DNA from: Felis catus
Taxonomy: Eukaryota
Assembly (NCBI RefSeq): GCF_018350175.1
Contig: NC_058373.1
Span: forward strand, 74,462,001-74,526,000
DNA: 64,000 bases
Direction of reading: 5' to 3'
Shown here: positions 23,754-34,994 of the stretch, piece by piece
Position numbering within the stretch: position 1 is the first letter of the stretch
Layout: every line of letters begins with the position of its first letter
The notes under the pieces: model-generated
What the model saw: the letters and a program-made list of their open reading frames with translations, nothing else
Told to the model about the DNA's origin: nothing
Databases searched by the model: none
Made by a program: the position numbers and the translations under genes

Positions 23754-25979
23754 TCAGTAGGGATGAAGGCGACCCTGCCGCTGCCAGTGCCATTGTTCGG
23801 CCCCTTCTATTAAATGGCGAAGGCTGGAGGAAATTCCCAGCAACATATGGCCCAGCCCTTGCAGCAGTGCAGAGGTCCAACGGAGGAGCTCCCTGAAGGG
23901 CAGAGACAAGATGAAGTCGGATGGGTGGGGGAACGTGGGAGGAGGCTATAGAGGGGGTTTTCCACAAGGGAGAGATTATGGATAGGGAGTATAGAAGAAG
24001 GAATTAAGGGCGCTGCAACTGTAAGGGGATGAGGAAATACGATATGTTGGTCTCTGACCTGAGTACTTTCTTTGGGCCGAGTCCTTGAAAGTCACAACTC
24101 ATGGAGTAGAGCCCATAGAATGTGGCTTTGATATTGAGGCTGCCAAAGAGGTCTCGAGGGTTTTGCTTGTATACATCAAAGGTGATACGGGCGATGTCCT
24201 TGCTGTGCTTGGGCTTCTCCCGGCCCAGGCCGTATGACAGCACCCCACTCTGTAGGGTACACTCATCAGTGCCACGCACCCTCACACCCTGACACCCACG
24301 GTGTGCACTGGGCACACAGTTCCCCACCAGCACTGGGTCAGACCCACCCTTGCCTGGACTCTTTGTCCCCTGTATGGTGTCCTTGGCAACCCCTTACCTC
24401 TCCCAGCGTCTCTGCCCCCAAGATCACGGTTGGGCTAGAGAAGCTTGGGAGAGATATAAAGGATTGGTGGCCTACAGCAAGCCCCACTATGGGCCTCTCA
24501 CCCTGCTGGGGGTCCAGCTCTGCCCATACTCCAGCACCATCAGGCACGTGTCATCCTCCAAAAGCTGGAAGAAGTCCTCACTCTCCACGGCGGTCCCATC
24601 CTCCTCCAGCACCAGTGTTAGCATTCCACTCAGCAGCAGGGCCTCCAGTGCCTGCCCAGCCACAGGAAGCAGGAGGGAAGGGGCAGGGCTTATCCATGCC
24701 CCTCCCTCTCCAGCTGCCCCACATCCACTGGTTGGCTCTGGATGCTGGTTGACACCCCAACTCTACTTCCTGGGAAACTGCCCTTCTTCAAATGGCTCCA
24801 GCTCTTGGTGCTTAGTTGCTGGGGGACCCTCGCTAAGGGCTGACTTTTTTTAACCTAGTTGCTCCTCTGTCATTGTCCTCTTTCCCTGTTACCCTCTGAG
24901 CCAATCCTAGTGGTTTGGAATTGAAAAACTAGTCAGGTTCTCTTGAGGTCCATCCTTCTGTCTTCTCTCCAGTGTCTTACCTCACTGTCCCCCACTCTCA
25001 GAGAACTGTTTTCAGTAACAATGACCCTTAGCCTTTTTGAGTCTTCACTAGTGCCAGGTATCTATGTAGACTTTACATACATGTCCTCTTTGACTCCTTT
25101 CCACAACCCTAGGAGAAAGGTGTAACATTATTCCCTTTTTGTAGATCAAGAAACTAAAGTTTTGATAGGCTGAACAACTTCCTACAGTGTGACACTAGCA
25201 AGTGGTAGGATCTGGACTTGAACTTGACTTGTCATATGAGTCACCATTCCATACTGACTTCTGAATGCCATTCCCCCAACCCTCCCTAGCTATTCCTCCT
25301 CCTACCCCCTGGAAAAGAAATAACCTAAATACAGCATTGGTCATTGGGCTGAACCGCGCCCCCCCCCCCCCCCCACTACTTTAGCCCTCAGAGGGAGGAG
25401 CAGCCATGTAACTAACCTCAGCCTTTCTGCTCACTCACCGTAAGTTCTCACTCTTCTCTAGCCCCTGCAGTAGGAACTTAGGGATTTGGCTCACTTACCT
25501 TGTCTAGCAGTTCCTGGCGGGTGGCAGCTGTCAAACCTTTCCGGGTGGTTCGCTTGTGATCACAGACACGGAAAGGTCGCTGGGGTGGTGGAGGTGAAGT
25601 CCAGACTTTCCTGCCAAACTCAGAGCTCATACTGGATACTGACCTGGTAGTTGGGAAGAAAGGTCAAGAAGTGAGAAGTTTGGTGAATGCAGTAGGGATG
25701 ATGGGGTGGGGTGCCTGGGGAGTTAGGGAGGGATGTAGGTTTGCAGATCAGAGTAGCCTAGGGAGAGACCATGGAGTGGGGGTGGTGAGTGGTGGTTCCA
25801 TAGCTGGACAAGCCCGTTGTGGAAAGTGGGGGCAGGGAAGAGAAGGGGTGAGTATCAGAGTCTCCTGGGGCCGAATGGAATTTTGTTGCCATGCCCTATC
25901 CTCAGAGTTGGAGGGTAGAAAGGAGGGTTAAAAATCACCTGAGCAGGCCGCTGGGGTTCAGGGCTGAGAGGTACTCCAT
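23754..25979 (-). CDS. CIDEB: Cell death-inducing DFFA-like effector b (221 aa, 5 exons)
   Basis: Exons 25979-25939, 25643-25499, 24651-24502, 24249-24059, 23892-23754; total 666 nt. MEYLSALNPSGLLRS start, CIDE-N (RPFRVCD, LVLEEDGTAV), DIARITFDVYK; AATAAA (-) at 23323-23328. Confidence 0.97.
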
Positions 25980-26120
25980 GGTGGAGGGAAGGAGCAGGGG
26001 AGTTGCCTCTCCCACTGAGTTCTGGGCTGTGTGGTTCTCTGCTGTGCTGGGGCTGAAATGGTGGTGTTTTCAGCTACACAGCTGGGATCTCAGCTCCAGT
26101 GAGGTGGGAGATGAGTCAAC

Positions 26121-26167
26121 CCGGACTCTGGTCCCCCCTGCCTGGCCAGTAAGAAGGGCAAAGTCCA
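26121..26167. promoter_or_regulatory. HNF4-type DR1 sites in the CIDEB proximal promoter
   Basis: AGGGCAAAGTCCA at 26155-26167 (HNF4 CAAAGTCCA core) and GGGACCAGAGTCC on the - strand at ~26123-26135; fits liver-biased CIDEB expression. Confidence 0.7.
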
Positions 26168-26849
26168 AGGGGAGGGAGAGAAGGAGGGGCCTAGATGGGA
26201 GAGTGGAGGAGAGATTGAGGCCCAGAGTTGCCCACAAAAGTCATGAGGCTTTTGTGCGTGCGTGCGTGTGTGTGTGTCTGTCTGTCTGTCTGATGGCAGT
26301 GTGTGCTGAAGATAAATGGGAACTATGTAAGGATGGAATGTGGTCTCTGGTGTTTTTCTTTCTATGGAGAGAATTTCTAGGAATAGTTCCTGGCTCCCAA
26401 CCCTAGAGAAGCTGCGTTATACATGATTTGCACTGTACTTGCTGCCACCTACTGTGAAAGCCATAAACTGCAGCATTAGGAAAGGGGAAGCCAGGCTGCG
26501 GGTGGGATCATGGGCAGAGCTCGGAGGAAATGAAGGGTGAGACAGTGTGCCAGGGTGGCGTGTGAGGAGAGGATGGATCCTGCTCCCTGGATCCAGGATC
26601 ACCAGGATCCTGTCTGCGACCCTGGCCTTCCTGCTTTCCTGCTTCTTCCTCCGTCTAGGGGAGGGGCCGGCTCAACATTTCTCTGGCTTCAATCTCCAGA
26701 ACTGCTCACTTCAGCTACACTACATTAGTCACTTTCTCTCTCACCTTTCTCTTTTGGCCACTGAATGGGCGTGAAGGAGATGTGAAGGGGAAGGGGGTTG
26801 TCTTTTGATGGCATCAAGACTGGCTTTGGGTGCCCTGAGTCCCATCTCT

Positions 26850-27274
26850 GATTTCAGCTATAGTTGTGGATAGTTTGTATGGCAGCTCAGACTCTCACTA
26901 AGACTGAACCCCTCACATGAGTGTAAATCTCTGCTTTCCTGCCTAGGTGTTTGAGGCTGCGGCAGCCCACTCAGCCTCCTGACACGTATAGGCTGCAAGT
27001 GTGTATAATGCCTCTAGGACAGCCCTCAAACAGTGAAGAAGGGAAGCTGGGCATCAGTGCCCCAGTCTTCTGTCTTTCTGGAAGGCATTCTGTGTAATTC
27101 TGAGAGCTTCCTAATCCCTACTGAAGAGACTCAATAACACACTTATTTGGCTCTCTTTTTCCCTCTCCTCCCCTGCTCCCTCACTTCTACTTCCTGAGCT
27201 GACTTCCCAGATGCAGAATTACCTGTACCCATGCTAATTCAGGCTGTGCTTTGGAAGTAACCCAAACTGAGACA
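26850..27274 (+). mobile_element. Old ERVL LTR relic (LTR16-like)
   Basis: 3' end ...ggaagtaacccaaactgagaca resembles the LTR16 terminus; 5' boundary approximate. Confidence 0.5.
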
Positions 27275-27656
27275 ATACTGGTGTCCTGGCTCCCAAGGAG
27301 TGCCCAGTTTAGCTGGTAACTGGGCAGGGGCCTTTCCCCTGAGCTCAACTTTATCAGTGTACTAGGTCCCCCTCAAATTTCTGCATTTCCAGGCTTTGCC
27401 TGATCTCTTCACCCAGAGAAGGCTTCTTTTCAGTATGTCTCTACCAACGCATCCTTTCCTACCTTCTTATCTCGTAGCTCCGTAGGATGGTCTCTTTGTG
27501 GTTGTGTGTTATGATTCCTCAAAGAGCTGATAAGTCCCTTGTACCTCCAATGCATCCCCCAGAACTCAGCACTGTGACTGAAAGCTGTCATTGGTAGCCC
27601 TTTGAGAGCCCTGGGAGTAGAAAGAATGGAGCAGGGCATAAGGTAAGAGATGAGAG

Positions 27657-28206
27657 TGATGTGGGTGCATAAGGCAAGCTAAAGGCAGAGCACAAACTAA
27701 CAACTCCCCTGCCCCCAGGTGGGATATGTGTGATATTCCTCAGGCACTCCTAGCTGTGCAAGAACAAAGATAAGAACAGAAAACAATGGTTAAACTGATA
27801 GAGATCACAGGACCTGAGTCTCCATCAGTTTACAAATATCTTAGTAAATTACAAGAAAAGGGCAATCTCATCAATAGTCCAATCTCCAGGAGCTCCCTAC
27901 TGTCTTAATGATAATACTTTGCTAGAGGGCAAAACAGCCTTAGCTTGGCAATAGCTAGGCCCCCAACAATCTGTAACTCCTCTTTAGCATATGGAAATCC
28001 CTTCAAGAAACTTCCTCTTGACTTTATCTCCTTCAGCTCCACAGTATATAAAGGATCACCCCCTCACACTTATAAACTGCTCTTCCTGCCCACAGGTTCT
28101 GTCCCCATGCTTTAATAAAGTCACCTTTTTGTACCAAGGACATCTTCAAGAATTCTTTCTTGGCCGTCGGCTCTGGACATCACCCCATAACCTCAAAACC
28201 TCATCA
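27657..28206 (+). mobile_element. Solo LTR (ERV1-like)
   Basis: TG...CA ends, 4-bp TSD AGAG (27653-27656 and 28207-28210), TATA gtatataaag ~28043, AATAAA 28114-28119. Confidence 0.8.
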
Positions 28207-29069
28207 AGAGGAGTAGGTAGCAGGCTGAAGAAAAAGAGGGCTCAGCAGAATCAGAAGTCAGGAAATAGGTCAAAATAGAGCAGTTGGGGGAACGAGTAGT
28301 TTGGGTCACCTTCTCTGCTGAGTGTAGGCCAGGGAAGCCTCAGCACGTGGTGACAACTGTCCCAACAACTGGGGCCAGAACTGCCCGAGGGATGAGGGCA
28401 GATGCAGGACCCAGGATTTTGTAGTGTCCCTACTCACCTACTCGATCAGGGAACTTTATCTGTATACCTGCAGATAGTCCTGTTTCCTAGGGAAGCAGCC
28501 TGTCACATGCCTGGACCTGTTAGTGATGGGAAAGGGTAGAGTGTGGGAGGAGCCCCAGGAAAGGCCTGAGAAGAACTCCACCTCGTCCCTCCCTATTCCT
28601 AGTCTCACACTGCAAATCTAACTGGCAGAGGACAGGAGTAGGCACCTCACTCACTGCTGCTGTGCCTTTCAGCTTCTCCAGCCCCCTCGTGGGCCTGATC
28701 CTACTAGCTCCCAGGTGGGTAAGTAGATCTGCGCATGCACCTTTACTTCCCACCACTCATTTTGCCCTAAGGTATAAGGAATGGGGCTGGACAGAGAAGA
28801 AGCCCAGCTAAAGGGGTAGAGGTGGAGGTAGTGGCAGCCTGGGAGTCAGGACTGGGGAGGTCGGCTGACTGACAGCAGGGGATTTGGGTTCCAAGAAGTA
28901 GTGATTGAGTAGGGGCCAGGGTAGGTCAGGAAGTCAGTCAAGGCTCTTAGAAGAGAGGAAAGTGGGAGGAAACGCAGTCCCTTCTCACCTGGCATGAGGG
29001 GTACCCCGGGCTTTTGCCCCACCCCCTAAATGCCCTCCATGGCCTTTTCCATCTCCCGGTAGGCACAGA

Positions 29070-30145
29070 ATGCTGGCCTGTTACCGACCCCCGGGGAACG
29101 AGACGCTGCTGAGCTGGAAGGCCTCGCGGGTCACAGGCACCGCCTTCCTGCTGCTGGCGGCGCTGCTGGGACTGCCGGCAATGGCTTCGTAGTGTGGAGC
29201 TTGGCGGGCTGGCGGCCCGCAAGGGGGCGACCGCTGGCGGCCACGCTGGTGCTGCACCTGGCGCTGGCCGACGGCGCGGTGCTGCTGCTCACGCCTCTCT
29301 TCGCGACCTTCCTGGCGGGGCAGGCGTGGCCGCTGGGCCAGGCGGGCTGCAAGGCGGTGTACTACGTGTGCGCGCTCAGCATGTACGCCAGCGTCCTGCT
29401 CACCAGCCTGCTCAGCCTGCAGCGCTGCCTCGCCGTCACCCGCCCTTTCCTGGCGCCCCGGCTGCGCAGTCCGGCCCTGGCCCGCCGCTTGCTGCTGGCC
29501 GTCTGGCTGGCCGCTCTGCTGCTCGCCGCCCCGGCCGCCGTCTACCGCCACCTGTGGGGAGACCGCGTGTGCCAGCTGTGCCACCCGTCGCCGGCCCACG
29601 CCGCGGCCCACCTGAGCCTGGAGACGCTGACCGCCTTCGTGCTTCCTTTTGGGCTGGTGCTCGGCTGCTACGGCTTGACGCTGGCGCGGCTGCGGGGCGC
29701 CCGCTGGGGCGCCGGGCGGCGCAGGACGCGGGTGGGCCGGCTGGTGAGCGCCATCGTGCTCGCCTTCGGCTTGCTCTGGGCGCCCTACCACGTGGTCAAC
29801 ATTCTGCAGGTGGTCGCCGCGCTGGCTCCGCCGGAAGGGGCCTTGGCCAGGCTGGGCGGGGCGGGCCAGGCAGCGAGAGCTGGAACTACAGCTTTGGCCT
29901 TCTTCAGCTCCAGCGTCAACCCGGTGCTCTACGTCTTCACCGCAGGGGATCTGCTGCCCCGGGCAGGTCCCCGCTTCCTTACAAGACTCTTTGAGGGCTC
30001 TGGAGAGGCCCGAGGCGGGGGCCGCTCTAGGGAGGGGACCATGGAGCTCCGAACTACCCCTCGGCTCAAAGTGGTGGGGCAGGGCCGGGGCGATGGAGAC
30101 CCTGGGGGCGGGGTGGAGAAGGACAGTCAGGGATGGGACCCTTGA
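29070..30145 (+). pseudogene. LTB4R2: Leukotriene B4 receptor 2 (BLT2), frameshifted as assembled (1-bp deletion at codon 36/37); otherwise a complete 358-aa GPCR
   Basis: ATG 29070 MLACYRPPGNETLLSWKASRVTGTAFLLLAALLGLP, then CCG GCA ATG GCT TCG TAG (stop 29190-29192). The GNGFVVWSLAG...DP* frame continues in another phase to TGA 30143-30145. Span 1076 nt = 1077-1. Gene identity is certain; pseudogene status depends on the indel being real. Confidence 0.8.
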
Positions 30146-31986
30146 CACCAAACCCTACCAACCCAGCCTGCTCTTCCCTATCCCCTTCCGTCGTCCTTCC
30201 CCCAGAACTCAGGGAACAACTGGAGCGTTTGGGGAGCCTTCTCTGGCCACAGTTTGGATCTTTCTGGGCAGGCCCAGGTTCCTCCAAACTGAGGGATTGC
30301 AAGTGGTGGTGGTCCTTGTTAGTGAATATTGTGTGCCTGCAGGTAGGCATGGACCTACATGCCAGAACTGCTTACTTGTTGCCAATAGCTACTGTGAAAT
30401 ACACTGAGGAGGGGGGCATTACATGATGGGTTAAGCATGCCCACACTGGTAGTTCATTATGCCTGAGTTGTACTGAAGCCACCTGGTTCTCTGCTGGGTC
30501 AGTCCAAGGCTGGGTGCTGCCAGCCTTCAGTGGCATCTTGACTTGTCCTCCCGAGTCTGGGTGGCCTGGTTCCCTTCAGCCAAGCCATAGACCGCTCCGG
30601 AAATAAAGGGAGAAAGAGGAAGGAAAGGTATGGGGGCTTGAATGAGAAAATGGGGATGGGAGCCACTTTCTGCAGTCTGAAAGAGTTGAGTGGAGAAAGA
30701 GCCAGCTCTGGAAGGGGAAAGACAATGTGTGGGGTTAGAAAGGAAAATTTTCCTGTCTTGTGGTTGGTGCAGTGTGGGGAGGGAGGCTGGGAGCCCTGTC
30801 TTCCTCTCTGAATCCAACTCTTCCCCCCGAAGGTCACCTGACTCAAAAAGGAGCCCAGGAGCAGGCACAGGCTCACCCAGGGGACATTTGGGGCTTGGGG
30901 TGAGGGGTATGGGGATTGTGTGGATGACTGGAGGACAGGAAGTTCTCAGGGAGGTGACATCTCTCCTTGGTCTCCTTTTTCTCTCTGCCAAGTCTTGACT
31001 CCTCCCAAGACTCACTGCCCCCCCCCCATACCCCTTGGTCCCCATCTTTTGGAATCTCTCTATCGCTAGGTCCCCAAACTGTTCTGAATCCTGACGCTTT
31101 TGAGTTTGAGGATGTAGGATGGAGTTCAGAGGATGTCTACATGCACACACATGTGGTCGCTAGGGTGACTAACATCCCCGTTTGCCCAAGACTTTCCCAG
31201 TTTCACCACCAACAGTTTCTTGTCCCAATCCTCAGTCTCTGGCAAACCTAGATGGCTGGTGACCTGAGTGCTCACCCGGACCACCATCCCGGGTTCTGCT
31301 TTAGTGACTGTTCACATCACTCAGACAGAGGCCAAGAAAGAGTAAAGGAAATTCAGTCTGCAGGGTCACGCCAGGGGCACCCAAACTGGGGCAGGGTGGA
31401 GCTCTGCATCTGGGGGGCAGGAAGTATGCTTAGAGTATCTAGCCTGGGGTGGAGGAAGAAAGGCTATTGAGAGACATGGAAGTGGGGAGCAGTTTGGGAG
31501 AGGAGGCGAAGACAACCCAGTTTCTGTCAGCAGGGGCCTCTGGTTGACCCCTGAGCTCTGGGCCAGAACTTGCATCCTCTGACACTGACAGCGGGAACTT
31601 CTTCCTGTTCTCATGTGTCAGGGCAGAAGCTCCCTAACTTCCTCCCTTCCATAGTCCCTGTCTTACAACCTCTGTGGTCAGAAAGCCCTTCCTCAACTCT
31701 GCCTTCTTGCTGTGGTTTCAGCCCATTTCTTTGCATCACATCCTCTGTCTCACAGCTACTGGGTCAGCTCTGCACTGGCCCTTCTCAAAGTAGAGAGGGT
31801 AAAGGACCTCAGTGACCACCAAAGATGGACCAAAGTGCATCTTTCCTGGGAAGTGACAGAGTTGGAAAGGAAGCAGAAAGGCTCATGGTCAAATTGAAGG
31901 AAAGACTTTTCAGTTCTCAGTCCCTGCAGAAGAGGTCAAAGGGAGAGACTGCACTCCTTCCAGGAAGGGAGAAGAGTGACCATTCT

Positions 31987-32217
31987 TTTTTTTTATTAAA
32001 AATATTTTTTTAACGTTTATTCATTTTTGAGAGACAGAGAAAGACAGAGCATGAGTGGGGAAGGGGCAGAGAGAGAGGGAGACACGGAATCCGAAGCAGG
32101 CTCCAGGCTCCAAGCCGTCAGCACAGAGCCCGATGCGGGGCTCGAACCCACGAACTGCGAGATCATGACCTGAGCCGAAGTCGGACGCTCAACCAACTGA
32201 GCCACCCAGGCGCCCCG
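31987..32217 (-). mobile_element. Young Can-SINE (SINEC_Fc-like)
   Basis: Near-consensus body; TSD gaagagtgaccattct at 31971 and 32218. Confidence 0.92.
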
Positions 32218-33606
32218 AAGAGTGACCATTCTTGGGGCTGTTCCTCCCTGTACATTCCTGGTTTCCCCTCCTGGCAGGGCAAGCATAACGCATCACTGCC
32301 CCTACTTCCTCTCCCTATGCTCAGCCTCCACTTCTCTGTGTGTCTGAGGTGGGACTGGACAGCCAACTATGAGAAGGTAGGAAAGAGGTGATGCTGACCT
32401 CCTTGCCCAGCGCCCAGATCTTCAATCCAAATTCATGTGGCAGGGTAGCCACATGTCCAAGCACAAGGGAAGTGGTTGGGCAAGGGGAAGAAATTGGCAT
32501 TCTGTGTAATACAAAGGAGGTCCTTTGGACTTTGGCTTCTGCCAAGAAGAAGAATTGAACCAATCTTTTTACATGAGGGAAGGGATGGGGGGGGGGGGTT
32601 CTGGAAGAGCCCCACCCCCAACTCTGCTCATGGCTTGAACCCAAGCCAAGGACAGAGTGCTGTCCTCTTCAAGTCCTGATGTTACCTAAACCCAAAGCCA
32701 TAACCTAGCCACATCTTCCTGGAGGACAGGAAGTTCCCAGGGAGGTGGCATCTCTCCTTTGTCTCTCTGCCAAGTCTTGATGCCTCCCAAGACTGTTAGT
32801 TGTTGCTCACTTCCTATTAATCTAAAAATTATTACATGATATTATTTACGTGACATGTAAAGATATCCAACATTCTGGCCTCTCAATATGAGCCCATTTC
32901 CCTTCTCCAGCTTCCTTCCCTCCTTCTCCTGTATGACCCAGTGCAGTTCTCCAGTCTAGACCTGCATCTGAGGCCACACCCCAGCCTACTCACTCCCCTC
33001 ACCCCTCTTTCCTCTCCCTGCACCTTCTTGGGCTCTTCTCATCTGGTCCCACCCCTGAGGAGTCCTCCTCCCTGCTAGGCTCTTCTGGAACACAAAGACC
33101 ATCCCTCCCCCCTCCCCAGTGAAGGGAGGGCTAGGAGTTTCAGCCCCACCCTCAGGAAGATGTGTCTTCCCCCTCCTCTGCTTCTTGGTACTTCCTCTCT
33201 GGCCAACGTAGCTGACAGCACCCAGACCTGGGCCAGGAGCCTGGAACTGGGACAGATCTGGTCATAGGCTACGCCACTCTGCCCTGGCCTTGGGATTGGC
33301 ACCAGCTTCCAACCAGTACGTGGCAAAATCTGTAAGTAAGTACCCTGGGAGTAGGGAGGTAGTGGTGGGGCAGGTTACAGCGATCGAAAGGGCAAAGGAA
33401 TTTCCAAAGAAAGCCTGGCTGGGGAGGATTTGTTCCTGTCTCCTATCCACAAACTCCTCCCCATCCCTGTTATTCCTGGTGGGCCCTGGGCACCTCTGGA
33501 GAGAGTGAGGTGATTGGTGGAAATCATTGGAACTGAGGGGGCTCGGGGCCTGGCAGGTGACCGAGAAGCTAGCCTTTTGAAGGGTGTGTCCTTGTTAAGG
33601 AAAGCA

Positions 33607-33638
<32 letters not shown>

Positions 33639-33995
33639 CCATTTGGTTCTGGGTTTCAGAAGGGAAGGAGGCAGAAAGGGTCTGCTGTTGTTGCTCTGTA
33701 TTTTGCAAATGGGTCTGTGGGCAGGAAGGAGCCCCGGGGCCTAGTTAGGAAATCAGTGTTTCTACTCAGCCAGATCCCCTTAAGACAGGTCTGTTGACAG
33801 TGGTGAGGATAGTATATTGCAGAGGTGCAACTGATGCTGCTGATTTGGAGATGGCTACAGCCATCAGGCTAGGTGTGTCCAGAGTGTCGGGAAACCTTGG
33901 TTCCCCACCCTCATGCCTGTGTTCACCCTCACCTTCCAGGTCCTTGCAGTGGCCCCGGACGCTACATCTTCTGCAGCACCTCCTCACTAGGTGTC

Positions 33996-34994
33996 ATGTT
34001 CATCGCTCTGCTGACGATCATCCTCCTGTCAGTGGCACTGGTTGTGGGGCTTCCCGGCAACAGCTTTGTGGTGTGGAGCATCCTGGTAAAGATGCAGAAG
34101 CGCTCTGTCACTGCCTTGTTGGTGCTGAACTTGGCCCTGGCGGACTTGGCTGTATTGCTTACTGCCCCCTTTTTCCTCCACAACGTGGCCCAACGCACCT
34201 GGGTGTTCGGACTGGCTGGCTGCCGCCTGTTTCACTATGTCTGCGGAGTCAGCATGTACGCCAGCGTCCTGCTGATCACGACCATGAGTCTGGACCGCTC
34301 GCTGGCGGTGGCCCTCCCCTTTGTGTCCCAGAAGGTTCGTACCAAGGCCGTTGCCTGGTGGGTGCTGGCAGGCATCTGGGTGATGTCCCTTCTGCTGGCC
34401 ACGCCCGTCGTCGTGTACCGCACGGTGACCTTGGCACCGAACAACTGGAGCCTGGTGTGCTTCCTGAAGTACCCCAGCGAACGACTCAACGCCTTCCATC
34501 TACTCTTCGAGGCCCTCACCGGCTTCCTGCTGCCCTTCCTGGTGGTGGTGGCCAGCTACTCCGACATCGGCCGCAGGCTGCAGGCCCGGCGCTTCCGCCG
34601 CAGCCGCCGCACCGGCCGCCTGGTGGCGCTCATCATCCTGACCTTCGCCGCCTTCTGGCTGCCCTACCACGTGGTGAACTTGGCCGAGGCGGGACGGTTG
34701 CTGGCCGGCGGAGAGGCGGGGCCGTTGCGGAACCGGCTGCTCCTGGCGCGCTACGTGTTCATCGCGCTGGCCTTCCTGAGCAGTAGCGTGAACCCCGTGC
34801 TGTACGCGTGCGCCGGCGGTGGCCTGCTGCGCTCGGCCGGCGTGGGCTTCGTCGCCAAGCTGTTGGAGGCCACCGGCTCCGAGGCGTCCAGCACCCGCCG
34901 CGGGGGCACCCTGGCCCAGACGGTGAGGGGCGCCCCCGCCACTCCCGAGAATGGCACCACCGAGAGCCTCACCGTCTCCAACCCTCTCCAGTGA
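33996..34994 (+). CDS. LTB4R: Leukotriene B4 receptor 1 (BLT1), N-terminally shortened (332 aa from the first in-frame ATG)
   Basis: 7TM motifs GLPGNSFVVW, LALADL, SLDR, FWLPYH, SSVNPVLY; coding-exon acceptor at 33938-33939; ancestral start region disrupted (see findings). Confidence 0.9.
   Translation: MFIALLTIILLSVALVVGLPGNSFVVWSILVKMQKRSVTALLVLNLALADLAVLLTAPFFLHNVAQRTWVFGLAGCRLFHYVCGVSMYASVLLITTMSLDRSLAVALPFVSQKVRTKAVAWWVLAGIWVMSLLLATPVVVYRTVTLAPNNWSLVCFLKYPSERLNAFHLLFEALTGFLLPFLVVVASYSDIGRRLQARRFRRSRRTGRLVALIILTFAAFWLPYHVVNLAEAGRLLAGGEAGPLRNRLLLARYVFIALAFLSSSVNPVLYACAGGGLLRSAGVGFVAKLLEATGSEASSTRRGGTLAQTVRGAPATPENGTTESLTVSNPLQ

Noticed and set aside
29081-30151. 356-aa antisense ORF and 266-aa shifted ORF (29194-29994) over LTB4R2
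   Set aside because: Shadow ORFs expected from a very GC-rich CDS with few stops in other frames; low-complexity Ala/Gly/Arg/Pro products with no motifs.
33794-34786. 330-aa alternative-frame ORF overlapping LTB4R, and the extended GTG start at 33873
   Set aside because: Both start in intron sequence upstream of the acceptor at 33938-33939, at non-ATG codons; GC-rich shadow frame.
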